Both the position numbers and the translations under genes were made by a program. The notes below the pieces were generated by a model. It saw only the letters and a program-made list of their open reading frames with translations, was not told the origin of the DNA and did not search any database. A DNA stretch of 63,804 nt, filler included, from Chiloscyllium plagiosum (lineage: Eukaryota), in assembly GCF_004010195.1 (NCBI RefSeq). It is 5 parts of one record of this genome, joined end to end, with 100 filler letters (N's around TTAATTAATTAA, not from the genome) between each part and the next. Parts side by side here need not be neighbours in the genome. Positions count along the whole stretch, not along the records: positions 1 to 26,777 come from NC_057714.1; 4 more parts are not named here. One strand, 5' to 3'. This document shows, piece by piece, positions 1 through 13,074 of the stretch. Position 1 is the stretch's first letter, and every line of letters starts with the position of its first letter.

Positions 1-790
1 TCTTGGATCGTCATCCCTTGTTTCCAATAGGAACTTTAGCCATCTTGATTGAGGCCCACTCAAAATGCATATTTTAAAAAAAGGAGCCAAATTGGTAGAA
101 CAGACATTTTTCTTCTTCTTTTGCAGAATGTGAAAATATCCCTATCATTTGTAAAGTTCAACAAACATATTCTGTGTCAAATGTTTTGTTAAGTTCCATT
201 TAAGGTTTGTCTATGTATTGTGTGATTAGGTTTGTACAGGTTTGTACAGGTTTCACTTCGAACACTTCTTATTGAGCTTCATTTTCTATTTTTACTCAAA
301 TTAATCCTCTTAATGTACCTATGTTTTTCAACTGTACTGGCATAGGGATATGCTGCACATCTTGTGGTTGATGACAGTCATCCTTTTATTATGCTAATGT
401 CACTTTTTGCATCATTTTGTGTAACCTCCAGTTTTAAACCATGAGGTTCACAGATTGCTTCATTTCTGGTGTTTGCATTTTACACTAGAATCATTTTTAT
501 TTAGCTGGGCTAAATGAAGCGATATTTTCTTCGAATTGTTTATAACAGGAAGTTCCCTCCCACCAGAGACATTTAGATTTCCACATAAGCACACAGATAT
601 ATGCTCCTTAGCAATGTGTATGTATGCTTTAACGATGCTTATGTGGTTTTCTTGATCTTACAGTCAGCTCTGATGTTGAGAACCAGAAAAACCTGTCCTG
701 TCAACAATTGACTTTGCAACTTTGTAACACCTTCCAAACTATATTTTTCCTTAATGAATAAAGTGTTTTTTGTTCAGCTACTGCTGTAAT
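1..790 (+). other. Possible terminal exon/3' UTR of an upstream plus-strand gene
   Basis: Acceptor-like ttttcttcttcttttgcag (about 108-126), T-rich repeat-free tract, AATAAA at about 757-762 followed by a GT/T-rich element. No protein recognised. Confidence 0.3.
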
Positions 791-1209
791 GAAAAGCAAC
801 AGTGGATATTAATAATTGCAGAGCTAGGGAATTATTTCGTCTATATGATCAAACGGAAGCTGAATTAGTTTGACTCTTAATTCTCACTGTAAGCATGGTC
901 AATTTAGAAAAAAAAAATTGCGATGGTTTTATCCACATTAGCTTACTGTGGCTGTGCTGCTATAAATATGAAGCTACAGATGGATTGTGAGAAAACTGCT
1001 TCAAACTAAATGGTGAAAGTTAGATTGACGCAGCAGTTATGTCTTCTACTCTATAAATCTTTTGTCTCACTCAGTGGTCAAATGGAATTTGGAGAGTACA
1101 TGGGACAGTTTTGCCAGTAAGAGGTTCATCGTGCTTTCTCATCCTTTTTGGTTTCCCCAACACCTTCAGCACCCCCATTAACCACACAATTCCCCAGTGG
1201 CTTTTTTCT

Positions 1210-1952
1210 TTGGTAAGGTCCTAGGGAGTGTTGCTGAATAAAGAGACCTTGAAATGCAGGTTCATAGCTCCTTGAAAGTGGAGTCGCAGGTAGATAGGAT
1301 AGTGAAGAAGGCGTTTGGTAGGCTTTCCTTTATTGGTCAGAGTATTGAATACAGGAGTTGGGAGGTCATGTTGCGGCTGTACAGGACATTGGTTAGGCCA
1401 CTGTTGGAATATTTTGTGCAATTCTGCTCTCCTTCCTATTGGAATGATGCTGTGAAACTTGAAAGGGTTCAGAAAAGATTTATAAGGATGTTGCCAGGGT
1501 TGGAGGATTTGAGCTATAGGGAGAGGCTGAACCACTGGGGCTGTTTTCCCTGAAGCATCGGAGGCTGAGGGGTGACCTTATAGAGGTTTACAAAATTATG
1601 AAGGGCATGGATCGGGTAAATAGATAAAGTCCTTTCCCTGGGGTGGGGAAGTCCAGAACTAGAGGGCATAGGTTTACGGTGAGAGGGGAAAGATATAAAA
1701 GAGACCTAAGGGGCAACGTTTTCACACAGAGGGTGGTACATGTATGGAATGAGCTTCCAGAGGAAGTGGTGGAGGCTGGTACAATTGCAACATTTAAGAG
1801 GCATTTGGATGGGTATATGAATAGGAAGGGTTTGGAGGGATATGGGCCGGGTGCTGGCAGATGGGACTAGATTGGGTTGGGTTATCAGCTCGGCATGGTC
1901 GGGTGGATTGAAGGGTCTGTTTCCATGCTGTACATCTCTATGACTCTATGAC
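1210..1952 (+). mobile_element. CR1-clade LINE, 5'-truncated young copy (ORF2 C-terminus, 3' UTR, (ctctatga)n tail)
   Basis: LYRTLVRPLLEY..QF.SP...KLERVQKRFIRMLPGL and RTRGHRF...FTQRVVHVWNELP motifs; tctctatgactctatga tail. Confidence 0.92.
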
Positions 1953-3269
1953 CTGGGATCATGGAATGTATAAGAATTAAGGTGATGACATTGTAACCTT
2001 CATTGTCTATTTAGGTATGCTGCTGAGGGTCTCTAATTGTCGAATCACAACTTCAATAATAATATAATGTCAGTTGAAATGTTCTCAGTTTGCAATGTAA
2101 TAAATACCAGCCTGTATTTTCCAGGGAGAGGCAATCATGCAGATTGCATCTCAGGCCCATTTGTTTCGATTTTTGAAAAAGCGGGAGCCATGATCAGCAC
2201 CTCCTCAGAAATGCAGGGTCATACTTCCATTCAGACAACTCTTTTGTAGTACAGAACAGTCAGAGGGAGACAAATCACTCCTTATTTTCGGAGCAGTCAG
2301 CTGCCATATTCTGACAGTCAAATATCCTGACAGCCAATTGACAGCTGCTGTCAGACAATAAATACACAACCTAAGTGTATAGAAGGAAAATTAGAGTGCC
2401 AGATGGGTTTCAGATGTGTACGCTGCCAGCTTGGGTTGGGTAGTAGCTGGATAGGACTAGGACCTCAGGGCGTAGGATGCTGTGTGGATCAGGAGTGTGC
2501 CAGGTGGATAAGATGCCAGCATGCCAACCAAGTAGAGTGCCAATTTGGTAAAGTGCCATTTCAGAAACTTGTAGTGGGTTGGGTTAGTTTAGCAGTGGGC
2601 AAGGTTAGTGTCGGGTGTGGAGCAGGGAAATTGGGAAAATATGTCAGGTGGTGGGAGAAGGGGTGTCAGGTCCAGTAGGTGGGAAAGAGGAAGGCAGCAG
2701 CTGAGCATGTCTGGTCAGGTTTTGGGTCATGGGGGGAGGTGATGTAAGTGGTCTGAGGTGCGTGACATAAGTTTAGGGTTGGTTGAATAGTTACTCATGT
2801 ATTAAATAGTCTACCTTTTCCCAACTAGGTATTTACTTAGCTTCACCAAAATCTTGGAATTCTTTGATTTAAAAGGAGAGTTTTGGAAGGTTCCAGGTGT
2901 AGGGGACCTATCCAGCAGGATTTCTAATCCCTGGACAATTCCTTTGGTGTGTGCTGCAACAGGGACTCCGCAGGTAAAATCTAAGCTGATGTGTCAAATT
3001 GTTCAAGTTGAATCAATAAGTTTTCTGTTCAATTTACCACTAGAGTATACCAGCAGACGAGCTCCTAATCATGGAAAATGTCTGACTTCCTATAGACTGA
3101 TTTGTGGTTGAAAATTAGTCGCAACATTTCTAAACTTCAAAACGGCATCAAGAATGAGGTCAAGAGCACTACAAGAGCAGCCAGAGATTGCGGTTCTGAT
3201 CAGAACCAGAAATGTATGGAGAAAGAAAAAGTGGTTATCCCAAATAATAGATGATTAGAGCAAAACTAC

Positions 3270-4230
3270 TCAAATGGTGTAATAAATGTAGTCAGTCATT
3301 TTGACTCTTGTTGTAAGGGTATCTGCCTGCCATAATCCATTGTTAGCATTCCATATTGCAAAGATCAGACTTGATGCTAATTTTGCCAATTGATTGCCAT
3401 CAGATGAAATAAAATAAATTTCCTTTCTTAGTTCTTTGTTTAACTGAGACAGAACTACACAAAATCTTAGTTCTCCATTTGTCTTGTGAACAATTACTTG
3501 CCTTGAGCAGCATGGCATCTGTTCATTGGCAAAATGATCCTAATTTCAATCATACTGTCTGGGACTTCACCTGTCCCATTAAGGGATGAGGAATTTTACT
3601 GGAAGTATCAAAGCTGTTCAGATCAGCATCTTTTTGAAGAGTAATGTGATATACCTGCTTGAATTTACATAAAACCTTTGAATAGCTTTAGAATTTCTTG
3701 CTAAAATGCTCTCCTATCTCCACTCTGAAATGTTGCATTTACTTTCTCTAACAGACCTAGATAAAAACATGTTTAATAAATGATGTATTCTGATTCCTCA
3801 GTGAGTTGCACTAACATTTTGTTCTCTGCGACTGTGCTTTGTGGTGAATTGCTCATATATCTGAAGACTTGTACCTCCTGGACCATAGGATTTTATGTTT
3901 ACTGACTTCAACCATGGCAACCTGAGTGCCAAAACACGAGTGCCAAGCTGTTCGTGTTTTGAATTTAAATTCTATTTTGAAGTCTTGTACCTTCAGGTGA
4001 TGGTCCAGAATCTGTTTTGACCTTTTTGACTTCACCTGGGAATGTTGTCTTCACCATTTGCTCTGTATCTTTGACTTCATGACCATTTTCCTTTTTATAT
4101 GATTTTCATTTCTCTGGAAGTGTTCCTTCAGCAGGCTTTTGTCTTTTGTTCCGAGTGGACCAAAGAGCTTTTAATTTATATTTCAGGAAGTGTCCCAACG
4201 TTTTGAATTTATAACATTCAGTTCCTAATG
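3270..4230 (-). mobile_element. Degenerate Ty3/Gypsy LTR-retrotransposon pol remnant (protease and RT)
   Basis: VIVHKTNGELRFCVVLSQLNKELRKEIYFISSDGNQLAKLASSLIFAIWNANNGLWQ parallels the Gypsy RT N-terminus (VVV.K.NG..R.C.D...LNK...LAKL....FSKLDANSG.WQ); KIEFKFKT resembles the protease FKLDTG motif. Confidence 0.7.
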
Positions 4231-4239
4231 CTGGACTTC

Positions 4240-5035
4240 TGTTGCAATAGAGCAATAATTGTGGGTGACTTGATTCTTCATGTTGATTGGATTAATCAAA
4301 TTGAAAGGGATAGCTAGAATAACTAATTCACAGTGTGCATTAGTTATAGTTTCCCGGAGCAATATGCCATGGAGCCAACCAGGGAGCAGGTTAACCTAGA
4401 TCTGGTAATGGGTAATGAGGCAGGTTAATAAATGGCCTCCAAGTAATGATCCCCTAGTTGTAGCAGTCATAACATGATAGAATTTGGCATAAGGGGAAGC
4501 AATGGTCTAGTGGCATTATCACTGGGCTGTTAATCCAAAGATTCAGGTAATGTTCTGGGGACCAAGGTTCAAATTCCATGATGGAAAATGGTGGATATAT
4601 TGGGATTGTCTTATGAGCAAAAGTTAAACTACTCTACTCATTAGAGTTTAAAAGAATGAGAGGTGATCTCATTGAAACAAAGAGGATTCTTAAGGGGCTC
4701 GATGGGTTAAATACTGAGAAGATGTTTCCACTCATGGGAGAGTCTCAGACCAGAGGGGATAGTCTCAGAATAAATTGGTGCCAATTTAAGGCTGAGATGA
4801 GGGTTTTTTTTCACTCAAGAGGATTATGAGTCTTTGGAATTCCTTACCACAGAGAGCTGTGGAGTAGCGTCCTCGTGTATATTTAAGGCTGAGATAAATT
4901 CTTGACCAGTAGGGAAATCAAGGGTTATGGGGAAAGGGCATGTGAAGAGTGTTGGATTAGCCATGATTCCATTGAATGATGGAGTAGGGGCAAGGGATTG
5001 AAAGGCTAACTCCTGTTCCTATTTCTTATGGTCTT
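4240..5035 (+). mobile_element. Old CR1 fragments (endonuclease part and 3' end) with a tRNA-derived SINE head at about 4495-4590
   Basis: IVGD..L.VDW-like endonuclease codons, agaatgagaggtgatctcattgaaaca and the ctcctatttcttatggtc-type tail; SINE head with A/B-box-like tagtgg...ggttcaaatt. Confidence 0.7.
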
Positions 5036-5559
5036 GTGCACTTTTGATTCTGTCTGGAGCCATGCTTTGTACAACCAAAAATGACCAATAATGTTGAATC
5101 CCAGCCTTTCGGCATTCTGGCAGGCTGTTGGAAGGTTGACATTGCCATCTTGGGGTCTAAATATCTGAGCATGTCAGAAAAATCCCTGATGTTTCATCAC
5201 AGTACTGACTGATTCGAAACTCTGATTTCTGCCTCTATAGGATTACATGTTGCAGCATTAAATCTCAATGGATTAAAATGATATCTGATAACTTTTCATC
5301 CCTCACAATGACCACTGTACTGTCTCTAATTATTTAATCCTTCAAAGTTCTATTCCTGGAACTACTATCTGTAAGATGTTGATTATTCTGCAAAACTCTT
5401 GGGTTGCAAACAAAATCTTACCTGTTCTGTGACTACATTTCTTTTGGGGCTGAAGTACATATCAAATGCATTAATAAGTGTACCACACTTTCAAGCGATT
5501 TCTTTGACGCTTGTCTTAACAGACCATCATTAGCCATTGGTGCTGCAATAAAACCATGT

Positions 5560-6565
5560 CGATGATCAACTCTGGAAGAAAAACAGGAAGGCAGAAAATT
5601 ATCTGAATAGTAATAAATGGGAAAGAGGGAGATGCAACAAGACCTGGGTGTCCTCGTACACCAGTCACTGAAAGTAAGCATGCAGGTACAGAAGGCAGTG
5701 AAGAAGGTAAATGCCATGTTGGTCTTCATAGTGAGAGGATTTGCATACAGGGGCAGGGATATCTTGCTGTAATTGTACAGTGGCTTGGTGAGACCACACC
5801 GGAGTATTGTGTGCAGTTTTGGTCTCTATATCTGAGGAAGGGTGTTCTGGCTATGGGAGGAAATAGAACAAAGGTTTACCAGACAAATTTCTGGGATGGC
5901 AGGACTGATGTATGATAAGAGCCTAGATTGGTTAAGACTACATTCACTACAGTTTAGAAGAATGAGGGGGAATCTCACAGAAACCTATACGATTCTAACA
6001 GGACTAAGCAAGGTAAATGCAGGAAGGATATTCCTGAGACTGGGGACTCCAGAATTAAAGAGAAATTTCTTCACCCAGAGAGTGGACAGCCTATGAAATT
6101 CGCTGCCACATAAAGCAGTTGAGGCCAAAACTTTGAATATTTTCAAGAAAGAGATGGATACAGTTCTTAGGGCTAAAGGGATCAAATGGTTTGGGGGGAA
6201 GGTGGGAACAGGGTATTTAATTGGATGGCAAAAGTGAGGACTGCAGATGCTTGAGATCAGAGTCAAGATCAGAGTGGTGCTGGAAAAGCACAGCAGGTCA
6301 GGCAGCATCTGAGGAGCAGCAAAATCGATGTTTCGAGCAAAAGCCCTTCATCAGGAATGAGGCCTCGTTCCTGATGAAGGACTTTTGCCCAAACGTCAAT
6401 TTTCCTGCTCCTCGGATGCTGCCTGACCTGCTGTGCTTTTCCAGCACCACTCTGATCTTGATTATTGAATTGAATGGTCAGCTATGGTCCTATTGAATAG
6501 TGGAACAGGCTCGAAGGGCGGAATAGCCCACTCTTGCTCCTATTTTCTTTGTTTCAATTTCTATA
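5560..6565 (+). mobile_element. CR1 LINE 3' portion interrupted by a PLE-derived hairpin element
   Basis: QQDLGVLVHQSLKVSMQVQKAVKK.N.ML and RRMRGNLTETY.IL.GL motifs; 3' UTR resumes after 6460. Confidence 0.85.
6229..6461. mobile_element. PLE-derived fold-back element with two opposed hammerhead-like cores
   Basis: Near-perfect palindrome centred on gaatgaggcctcgttc; ctgatgaagg... cores on both strands; imperfect TSD tatttaattggatgg / tattgaattgaatgg. Confidence 0.8.
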
Positions 6566-7875
6566 ACTTGCTGTTGTTGAAGGGTCACTTCTATCTTTTT
6601 GAAGGTGACCCGAGCAAACAGTTGGTGAATTGAGGATTGACACAAATTGGTGGGCCCTTAATTATTTTGATTTAGGATAAATATTTAGCCCAGTTACAGC
6701 TTCCAGTTGAAATAATTGGTATACAAGTACTAACTATTTTGAATGCATAATATTGCATTCTGATCTTGACTTAAAGGACAGGTATATGCAATTGTCCAGG
6801 AATACAGCTTTTGTAAGTACAGTGACTAAAACTGAACATGATACACTATATATAACTCTGCTGTTGCTTTCCATCATGATTGAACTGTTTTCTGGAACTC
6901 CCTAACCAAACAGCTATTTATAGCTCCAGATTCTGCATGTGAGCAAACCAATTCTAAATTCATCAATTACTATAACTTGCCTTGAATTTTTAGTATTGAA
7001 GCCAATTAAGCTATTTGATGTTATAAAGAAGCTTTGGCAGCATTGTAAAACTTGCACTGTTCACATTTCCACAATAAAATGTAGGTTATAATAAATTTAT
7101 CCCTGAATATTTATTCTGAGCTTGGAGGAAAACAAAATAAATGCAACTGAAACTAGGACTTATCAGTTCATTTGGTTGTCCTGACACCTTCTTGATTACA
7201 AATTTGTGCTTGTTAAATATAGATCGCTGATGGGAAATTGAGAGGTTGTGAGCTGAATAACATCAATTGAAGCAATAGGTAATATTTTTCACGCAAAGAG
7301 TTATTTTTAAATTCAACTAAAGAACATGTGAAAATTGAATATTTTTTAAAAGAGGTGTTCTTTTATTACAAGTACAGTGTTGAAATGAATTAAAGTACTT
7401 TCTCGAACTAGAGGCATAATGCTAAAATTGTCAAGGTCATTCAGCACAATCATGTACAGCTTGGAATTCTGTCCATTAAATGTTGTATTTAACACTCACC
7501 ATTAAACTCCTGCAATTACCCCAGTAAAACATTAGACACATCCAATAAACTATGATCTTTAATGACCAAATTAATTCATGTAATTGTGCATGTCATCGTT
7601 AAATGAGATTAATTTGGAAGCTGACTTAAAATGGATCCTTGAGGCTTTTCAAATCATTTGAAAAATACTGAATAGAAATGACAATCTCTTCTGTTAGCAA
7701 AAGCTTGTTTGCTTAATCTTTAGTGATTGCAGAATTATTTTCTGTCATCGGGGAACATAGGAGGTTGTTATCCTTCCAAATGTCCATACTCAGAAATCAT
7801 TTATACAATTATTCATTATACTTTAATATTAGGGTCACCGATGGAGCAGACATTCATGAGGTCCTCCCTAACATC

Positions 7876-8213
7876 TGTTTTATAATGGCATAGAATCCAG
7901 ACCAGATAGGTGTGCCCCTTTAAGATGATTTCAGGACATTATTATGTGTGACACTCCAGTATAAAGGTACCCACTGCATCTTCAATCACTCTCTCTATGT
8001 AATAGAGTCACTATAGTCAGTTATTTGTGTGTAATCTACAGCAACATCAGTAAGAATAAGCCACAGACTGTGAGTGTCTGTCATATTGTAGCCTTGTAAA
8101 TAGTGAAGCTTATAAATAAACTTCAAGATATCCATTTCATAAGAATCTAACTAACTGTATTATAGCCAGGTGGACTGACATATACAGGAAACCACAAACC
8201 ATATTATGGTAGC
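7876..8213 (+). mobile_element. Gypsy-type LTR with primer-binding-site remnant
   Basis: Starts TG, TATAAA 7960-7965, AATAAA 8115-8120, followed by TGGTAGC (8207-8213), which resembles a tRNA-complementary PBS. Confidence 0.5.
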
Positions 8214-10498
8214 TGCAAGTGGACTGTAAAGCTGGCCAGGACATCTGGGAGCTAAAGGCTAAAGAGGTGACAGTTGTGGAAAATCATTTTTCCTAACTAA
8301 TTAATCAATCTATTTGAATTCAGAGGTGGGGTTACAGCTACGACCAAAACTAAAGGACTAAAACCTAAGCTAAAGGTTAGAAATCTAAACTAAAGGATAA
8401 TGAGCATTCTATCACTTCCACTTTTTAAGAAATGAGAGGCTGCTACATATCTAATTTTTTTTTTAAAAGCGAGCATTTTGAATGGTCCTGAAAGCTGAAC
8501 ACAGTCCTATAAGCACTTTTGCAGTAGGAAGTGACACTGGTGGTATAAGCTTGACCTATGTGTTTCAGAACTTGAACAATACCTAGAAACACTTTGGGCA
8601 ACTAAATGAAATGCATGTTCAGGAAAGTGGTTGCATTGCAGAATAGCAGCATGGAGGTAGTAAAGGTATAATTGCTAAGCAGTTGAAAAGAACTAGGAAA
8701 AGTAGTGTAGGAGTTTCCTGAGGTCCCACACACTAGCCAGCTTTCCATTCTGGGTACTGTTGAAGGTCAGGATGAGTGCAGCAGAAGCCAAGCCTGTGGC
8801 ATTAAATCTGACCCAGTTCTACAGCAGTGAAGGAAGAAGCACTGCACAGCAGTAATGACAGGGTTTTCCAGATTTAGGGGAATGGATAAGAATCTGTATA
8901 GCTGTCAATATAACTTCAGGATAGTGATTATCTACCTGGTGATGGGGTCATACAGGTCACAGGGCAGCTGTAGGACTTCCTACGGGGGTTTGGGGGGGGC
9001 GGTGTGCTGCTGAACTACCTGAGGTCATTGTCTATTTTGGTACCAATGACATGGACAGGAAGGAAGATGTGGTCCTGCAAACACAATTTAAGGTGGTTGC
9101 TAAAAAAATTAACAATCAGGACCTCTAAGGCAGTAATTTTCAGACCTATCCAGTCCCACTTGTGAATGAGTACAGAAATAGCAGGATAAGGCAGATGAAT
9201 GTGTACCGGAAAGATGGTGCAGGAGGGAGAGCTTTGGATTCTTGGGATATCAGAACTGCCTCTGGAGAGATGGTATCTGCACAAACCGAAGAGGTTGTGT
9301 CTGCACAAAACTGGGACTGTGTTCTTTGCAGATGTTTGCAATGTTGTTAGAGTGAGGGTGGAGGGGAGGTGCTTTAAACTAACTCAGCAGAGGTCTGGGA
9401 ACTTGAAGAGTATATTAGAGTGTAATTCCAGGATGCAGAAAATGCTGGGAGTGTCAGAGAACAATAGAGAATAATAATTTAATGAGTGGAGATGCAGAAA
9501 GGAGGAAAGAAATGGAGTCTAAATCTGAGTTTAACTTATTGAATACAATCACAGGGAATATAGTCAATAATATTAGTGAGTATAGATAGGGAGTGCCATG
9601 TAGAACTTTGATGTTGCAGCCATAAAAGACTTCGCTGAAGGAAGGGAAGGGCAAGGTGTTAAATATTTCTGGATATGAGGATTGCTAAAAAGATAGCAGA
9701 GGAAAAGAAAGGATTATTGACTGTTATAGTTGAGGAAAGGATTTTGAGTGTTGCAGCATGAAGATATCCCAGAGAATTCAACGACAGAATCAATTTGGCT
9801 AGAAATAAGGAACAAAAAAGGCGCGATTACATTGCTGAGTGCGCAGTGTGGTCTTTACATCACCACCTGGTGAGAAAGATTTTAAGAAACAACTTTGCAA
9901 GAAATTTATAGAGAAGTGGAAACATCATAGAGTAATTAAAATGGAGACTTTAATTACCCAATTAGAGACTGGGCTAGCAGTCGTGTGAAGAGCAGCAAGG
10001 GACAAACATCATGAAGAAGGATCACTGAACCCGAAATGTTAACTCTGATATCTTTCCACAGATCCTGCCAGATCTGCTGAGATTTTCCAGCAATTTCTGT
10101 TTTGTTACAAATATTCCTAAATTGTGTTCAGGAGAATTTTATTCCGCAGTATGTGTCCAGTCAAAACATAAAGTGGCTACTTTCAAACGAGTTCTTGGGA
10201 AATTGTCAGTGATGAAGCATTTCAGGGACAGTGACCATCGTATCATAAGGTTTAGGATAATGATGGAAAAGGGCAAAGGATAGTGCAGAGTAAGAATAGT
10301 TAACCAAGAGACAACTAAGTTCAATGAGGGGAAGTTGGGATAAATAAAGTGAAGTCAAATGTTTTGGGAATTACTGTAACTGAACAACGGGCTACCTTCA
10401 AAGAATAAACAGCTGAAGTATACTCTGTCAAAAGGAAAAAGCAGGATAAATATATGCACAACATCCTAAATGAAAGCACAGATAGAGATTAAGATAAG

Positions 10499-10817
10499 TG
10501 GGCGGCACGGTGGCACAGTGGTTAGCACTGCTGCCTCATAGCGCCAGAGACCCGGGTTCAATTCCCGCCTCAGGCGACTGACTGTGTGGAGTTTGCACGT
10601 TCTCCCCGTGTCTGCATGGGTTTCCTCCGGGTGCTCCGGTTTCCTCCCACAGTCCAAAGATGTGCAGGTCAGGTGAATTGGCCATGCTAAAATTGCCCGT
10701 AGTGTTAGGTAAAGGGGTAAATGTGGGGGTATGGGTGGGTTGCGCTTCGGCGGGGCGGTGTGGACTTGTTGGGCCGAAGGGCCTGTTTCCACACTGTAAG
10801 TAATCTAATCTAATCTA
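10499..10817 (+). mobile_element. HE1/V-SINE-like tRNA-derived SINE, near intact
   Basis: tRNA-like head ggcggcacggtggcacagtggttagcactgctgcctca...ggttcaattcc, V-type core ctgtgtggagtttgcacgttctccccgtg, CR1-derived 3' end, (taatc)n tail. Confidence 0.9.
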
Positions 10818-10963
10818 AAAGAAAAGTGTGTTGATGACAGGTATAGATGTAAAGTACAATTAAGGATCAAGCTGAATATAGAAATTTCAGAAGGGAGGTG
10901 AGAAAACAAATAAGACTAGTAAAGTGGGATTATGAAAAAGACTCTTCATGAACATAAATGGAA

Positions 10964-11078
10964 GGGCTTATGCCCGAAACGTCAATTTTCCTGCCCCTCA
11001 GATGCTGCCTGATCTGCTGTGTTTTTCCAGCACCACACTCGCGACTCTAACCTCCAGCATCTGCAGTCTTCACTTTCT
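10964..11078 (+). mobile_element. PLE-derived short element truncated inside the hammerhead, 12-bp TSD
   Basis: gggcttatgcccgaaacgtc...cactttct flanked by acataaatggaa (10952-10963 and 11079-11090). Confidence 0.8.
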
Positions 11079-13074
11079 ACATAAATGGAATACCAACATT
11101 TTCCATAGGCATTTACACAGTATAAAGGTAGTAAATTGAGGATTAGAGACCAAAAAGGGGACTTTCACATGGAGGCAGGGAGCATGGCTGAGTGGTTAAA
11201 TAACTGTTGTCTTCTCTAAGGAAGGAGATGTTGTCCCATCCATGATGACAGAGAAGGAAACTTAAGTCACTGGAAGAGTTCAAAATTAATTAGGAAGAGG
11301 TCAGTGCTCAAAGCAGATAATGCACTCTCAGTTGATCTTATTGAAACATACAAGATTCTGATGAAACAGAACAGATTAGATTTTGAGAAGGTCTTTTCAC
11401 TAATGGGGGAATTGCAAACGAGATGACATAGTTACAGATTAGGGGACACTCATTTAAAACTGAGATGCAAAGGGATTTCTTCTCCCAGACAACAGTGTGA
11501 GTTTCTGGAATTCTCTATCCAAGAGAGTTGTGGAGGATAGATTATCAAAAGTATTTAAAAAGGCAGTAGATAGATTTCTGACATGTCAGGGAATTGTAAT
11601 GAGGAATGGTACGAAATAAGAGTCAAGGCCAGAAGTGGATCAGCCATGATCATATTGACAGTGGGTCAAATTTGACAGGGCCAAATAGGCCACTCCTATT
11701 CTTATTCTATATGTCTGTGATGTTTCTATGTAAAAATAATGCCAAGAGTGTAACCTCAACGTGATTTTGAAATAACATTATGGATTATTCCCATACTGGA
11801 GATAAATATTAAAATGTATTTCTGTCACAAGTATTAATAAAATATCTTTGACTATCCAATAACCAGAACAGTGAATTTTAATTTTAATATTGCCATGAGA
11901 TAACTATGGAGCCCATTCAGCTTCTGACATTGTTTTCAGAATTTAAACAGCTCCTTCTCTGCTTTTCCACATTGATCAACATTACTAAAGCTAATAGTGC
12001 AGCCTATGGTTATGTCTATGGGTACATTGAGAAATCTGTACCTCAAAAACATATAATTCCTATCTACCAAGAGGAACATCAACATACAATCATGTGCTTT
12101 TGTTTTGCTTCCATGAAGAATTGTGAGCTTCAGCCCTATTCAAACTCAGAACGTCTCAATAATTCAAGACTGGTTTGCTGAATTCTTTTTATACCTCTGT
12201 AGCCCAAAAATATCAAAGTCAATAACTGCTTTCTTCTAAAATTTTTATAATTTGGTAAGTAAAAATAGCTTTAATTTATACATCACACATAGCAGTTAAA
12301 CTGACAGATTTCTCCAAACTCAAACAGCAAAACTGCAGCTTAAATTAATTGCAGATTAAAGTTTAAATAAGACTCCATTCACTTCGACCATTTTACAGCT
12401 CCAGGGGGTGAATGTGTCATTACTTCAGCTCTTGGCTTGTGTTAAATATGTCTGTTATGATAGCATTGTCTGTACAGTATACTGGTAAAATTAGCAGCAA
12501 GTCAGCAAGAATAAGATGAGTGAAATACAAGATTGAGTGGTATATCACCCAACATCCTGTTGTAAGAAAATGCAAATCATGACTCAAATCATTGAAGGAA
12601 CAGATAACTGAACCCTGATCCTATGTTTGAGATTGTCACAAATTCTAAAACTGAGAACACAAGCTTAAGCTTCAAAAAGGGATGATGCATGAAAACTTTA
12701 GCTTAATATTTCCTTAAGTTGCAAATTTGGCCAATATACAGGTTTCCACAAACTGGAGTATTGTATAAGATAATGGTTCTGAAAGAGTTGATACTGAAGT
12801 TGTATTAGCTTCACCCAATCTAATGGGATCACATAGTCTTTGGGTGAAGAAACAGTTAATTTAGCAAAAGATCCCAATGGAGACATCTGTGCCATACCTG
12901 GGTCTTGATAGTTGTAATCATGCTTAACTTGTTAATGAGAATTATACATATTGTTATCATGCAATATATACACCTAATAATAGCAATAACTTCAATTAAT
13001 AAAGCAGTATTTGCAAAATAAAACATACGATTTTCATAAAACTAGCAGGTACAGGAGAAATATGGTGCTGGTTA

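Larger units (their letters stand above)
8540..11720 (+). mobile_element. Old, fragmented near-full-length CR1 (ORF1 SGNH-esterase, endonuclease, 3' end) with nested SINE/PLE insertions
   Basis: Degenerate PEVIV..GTND (8840-9340) typical of CR1 ORF1 esterase; GDFNYP and SDHRIIRF endonuclease motifs; CR1 3' UTR at 11330-11720. Confidence 0.75.

Noticed and set aside
10499..10575. tRNA-like sequences with A/B boxes (also about 24730, 44217, 48740, 55250)
   Set aside because: These are SINE heads continuous with SINE bodies, not functional tRNA genes.
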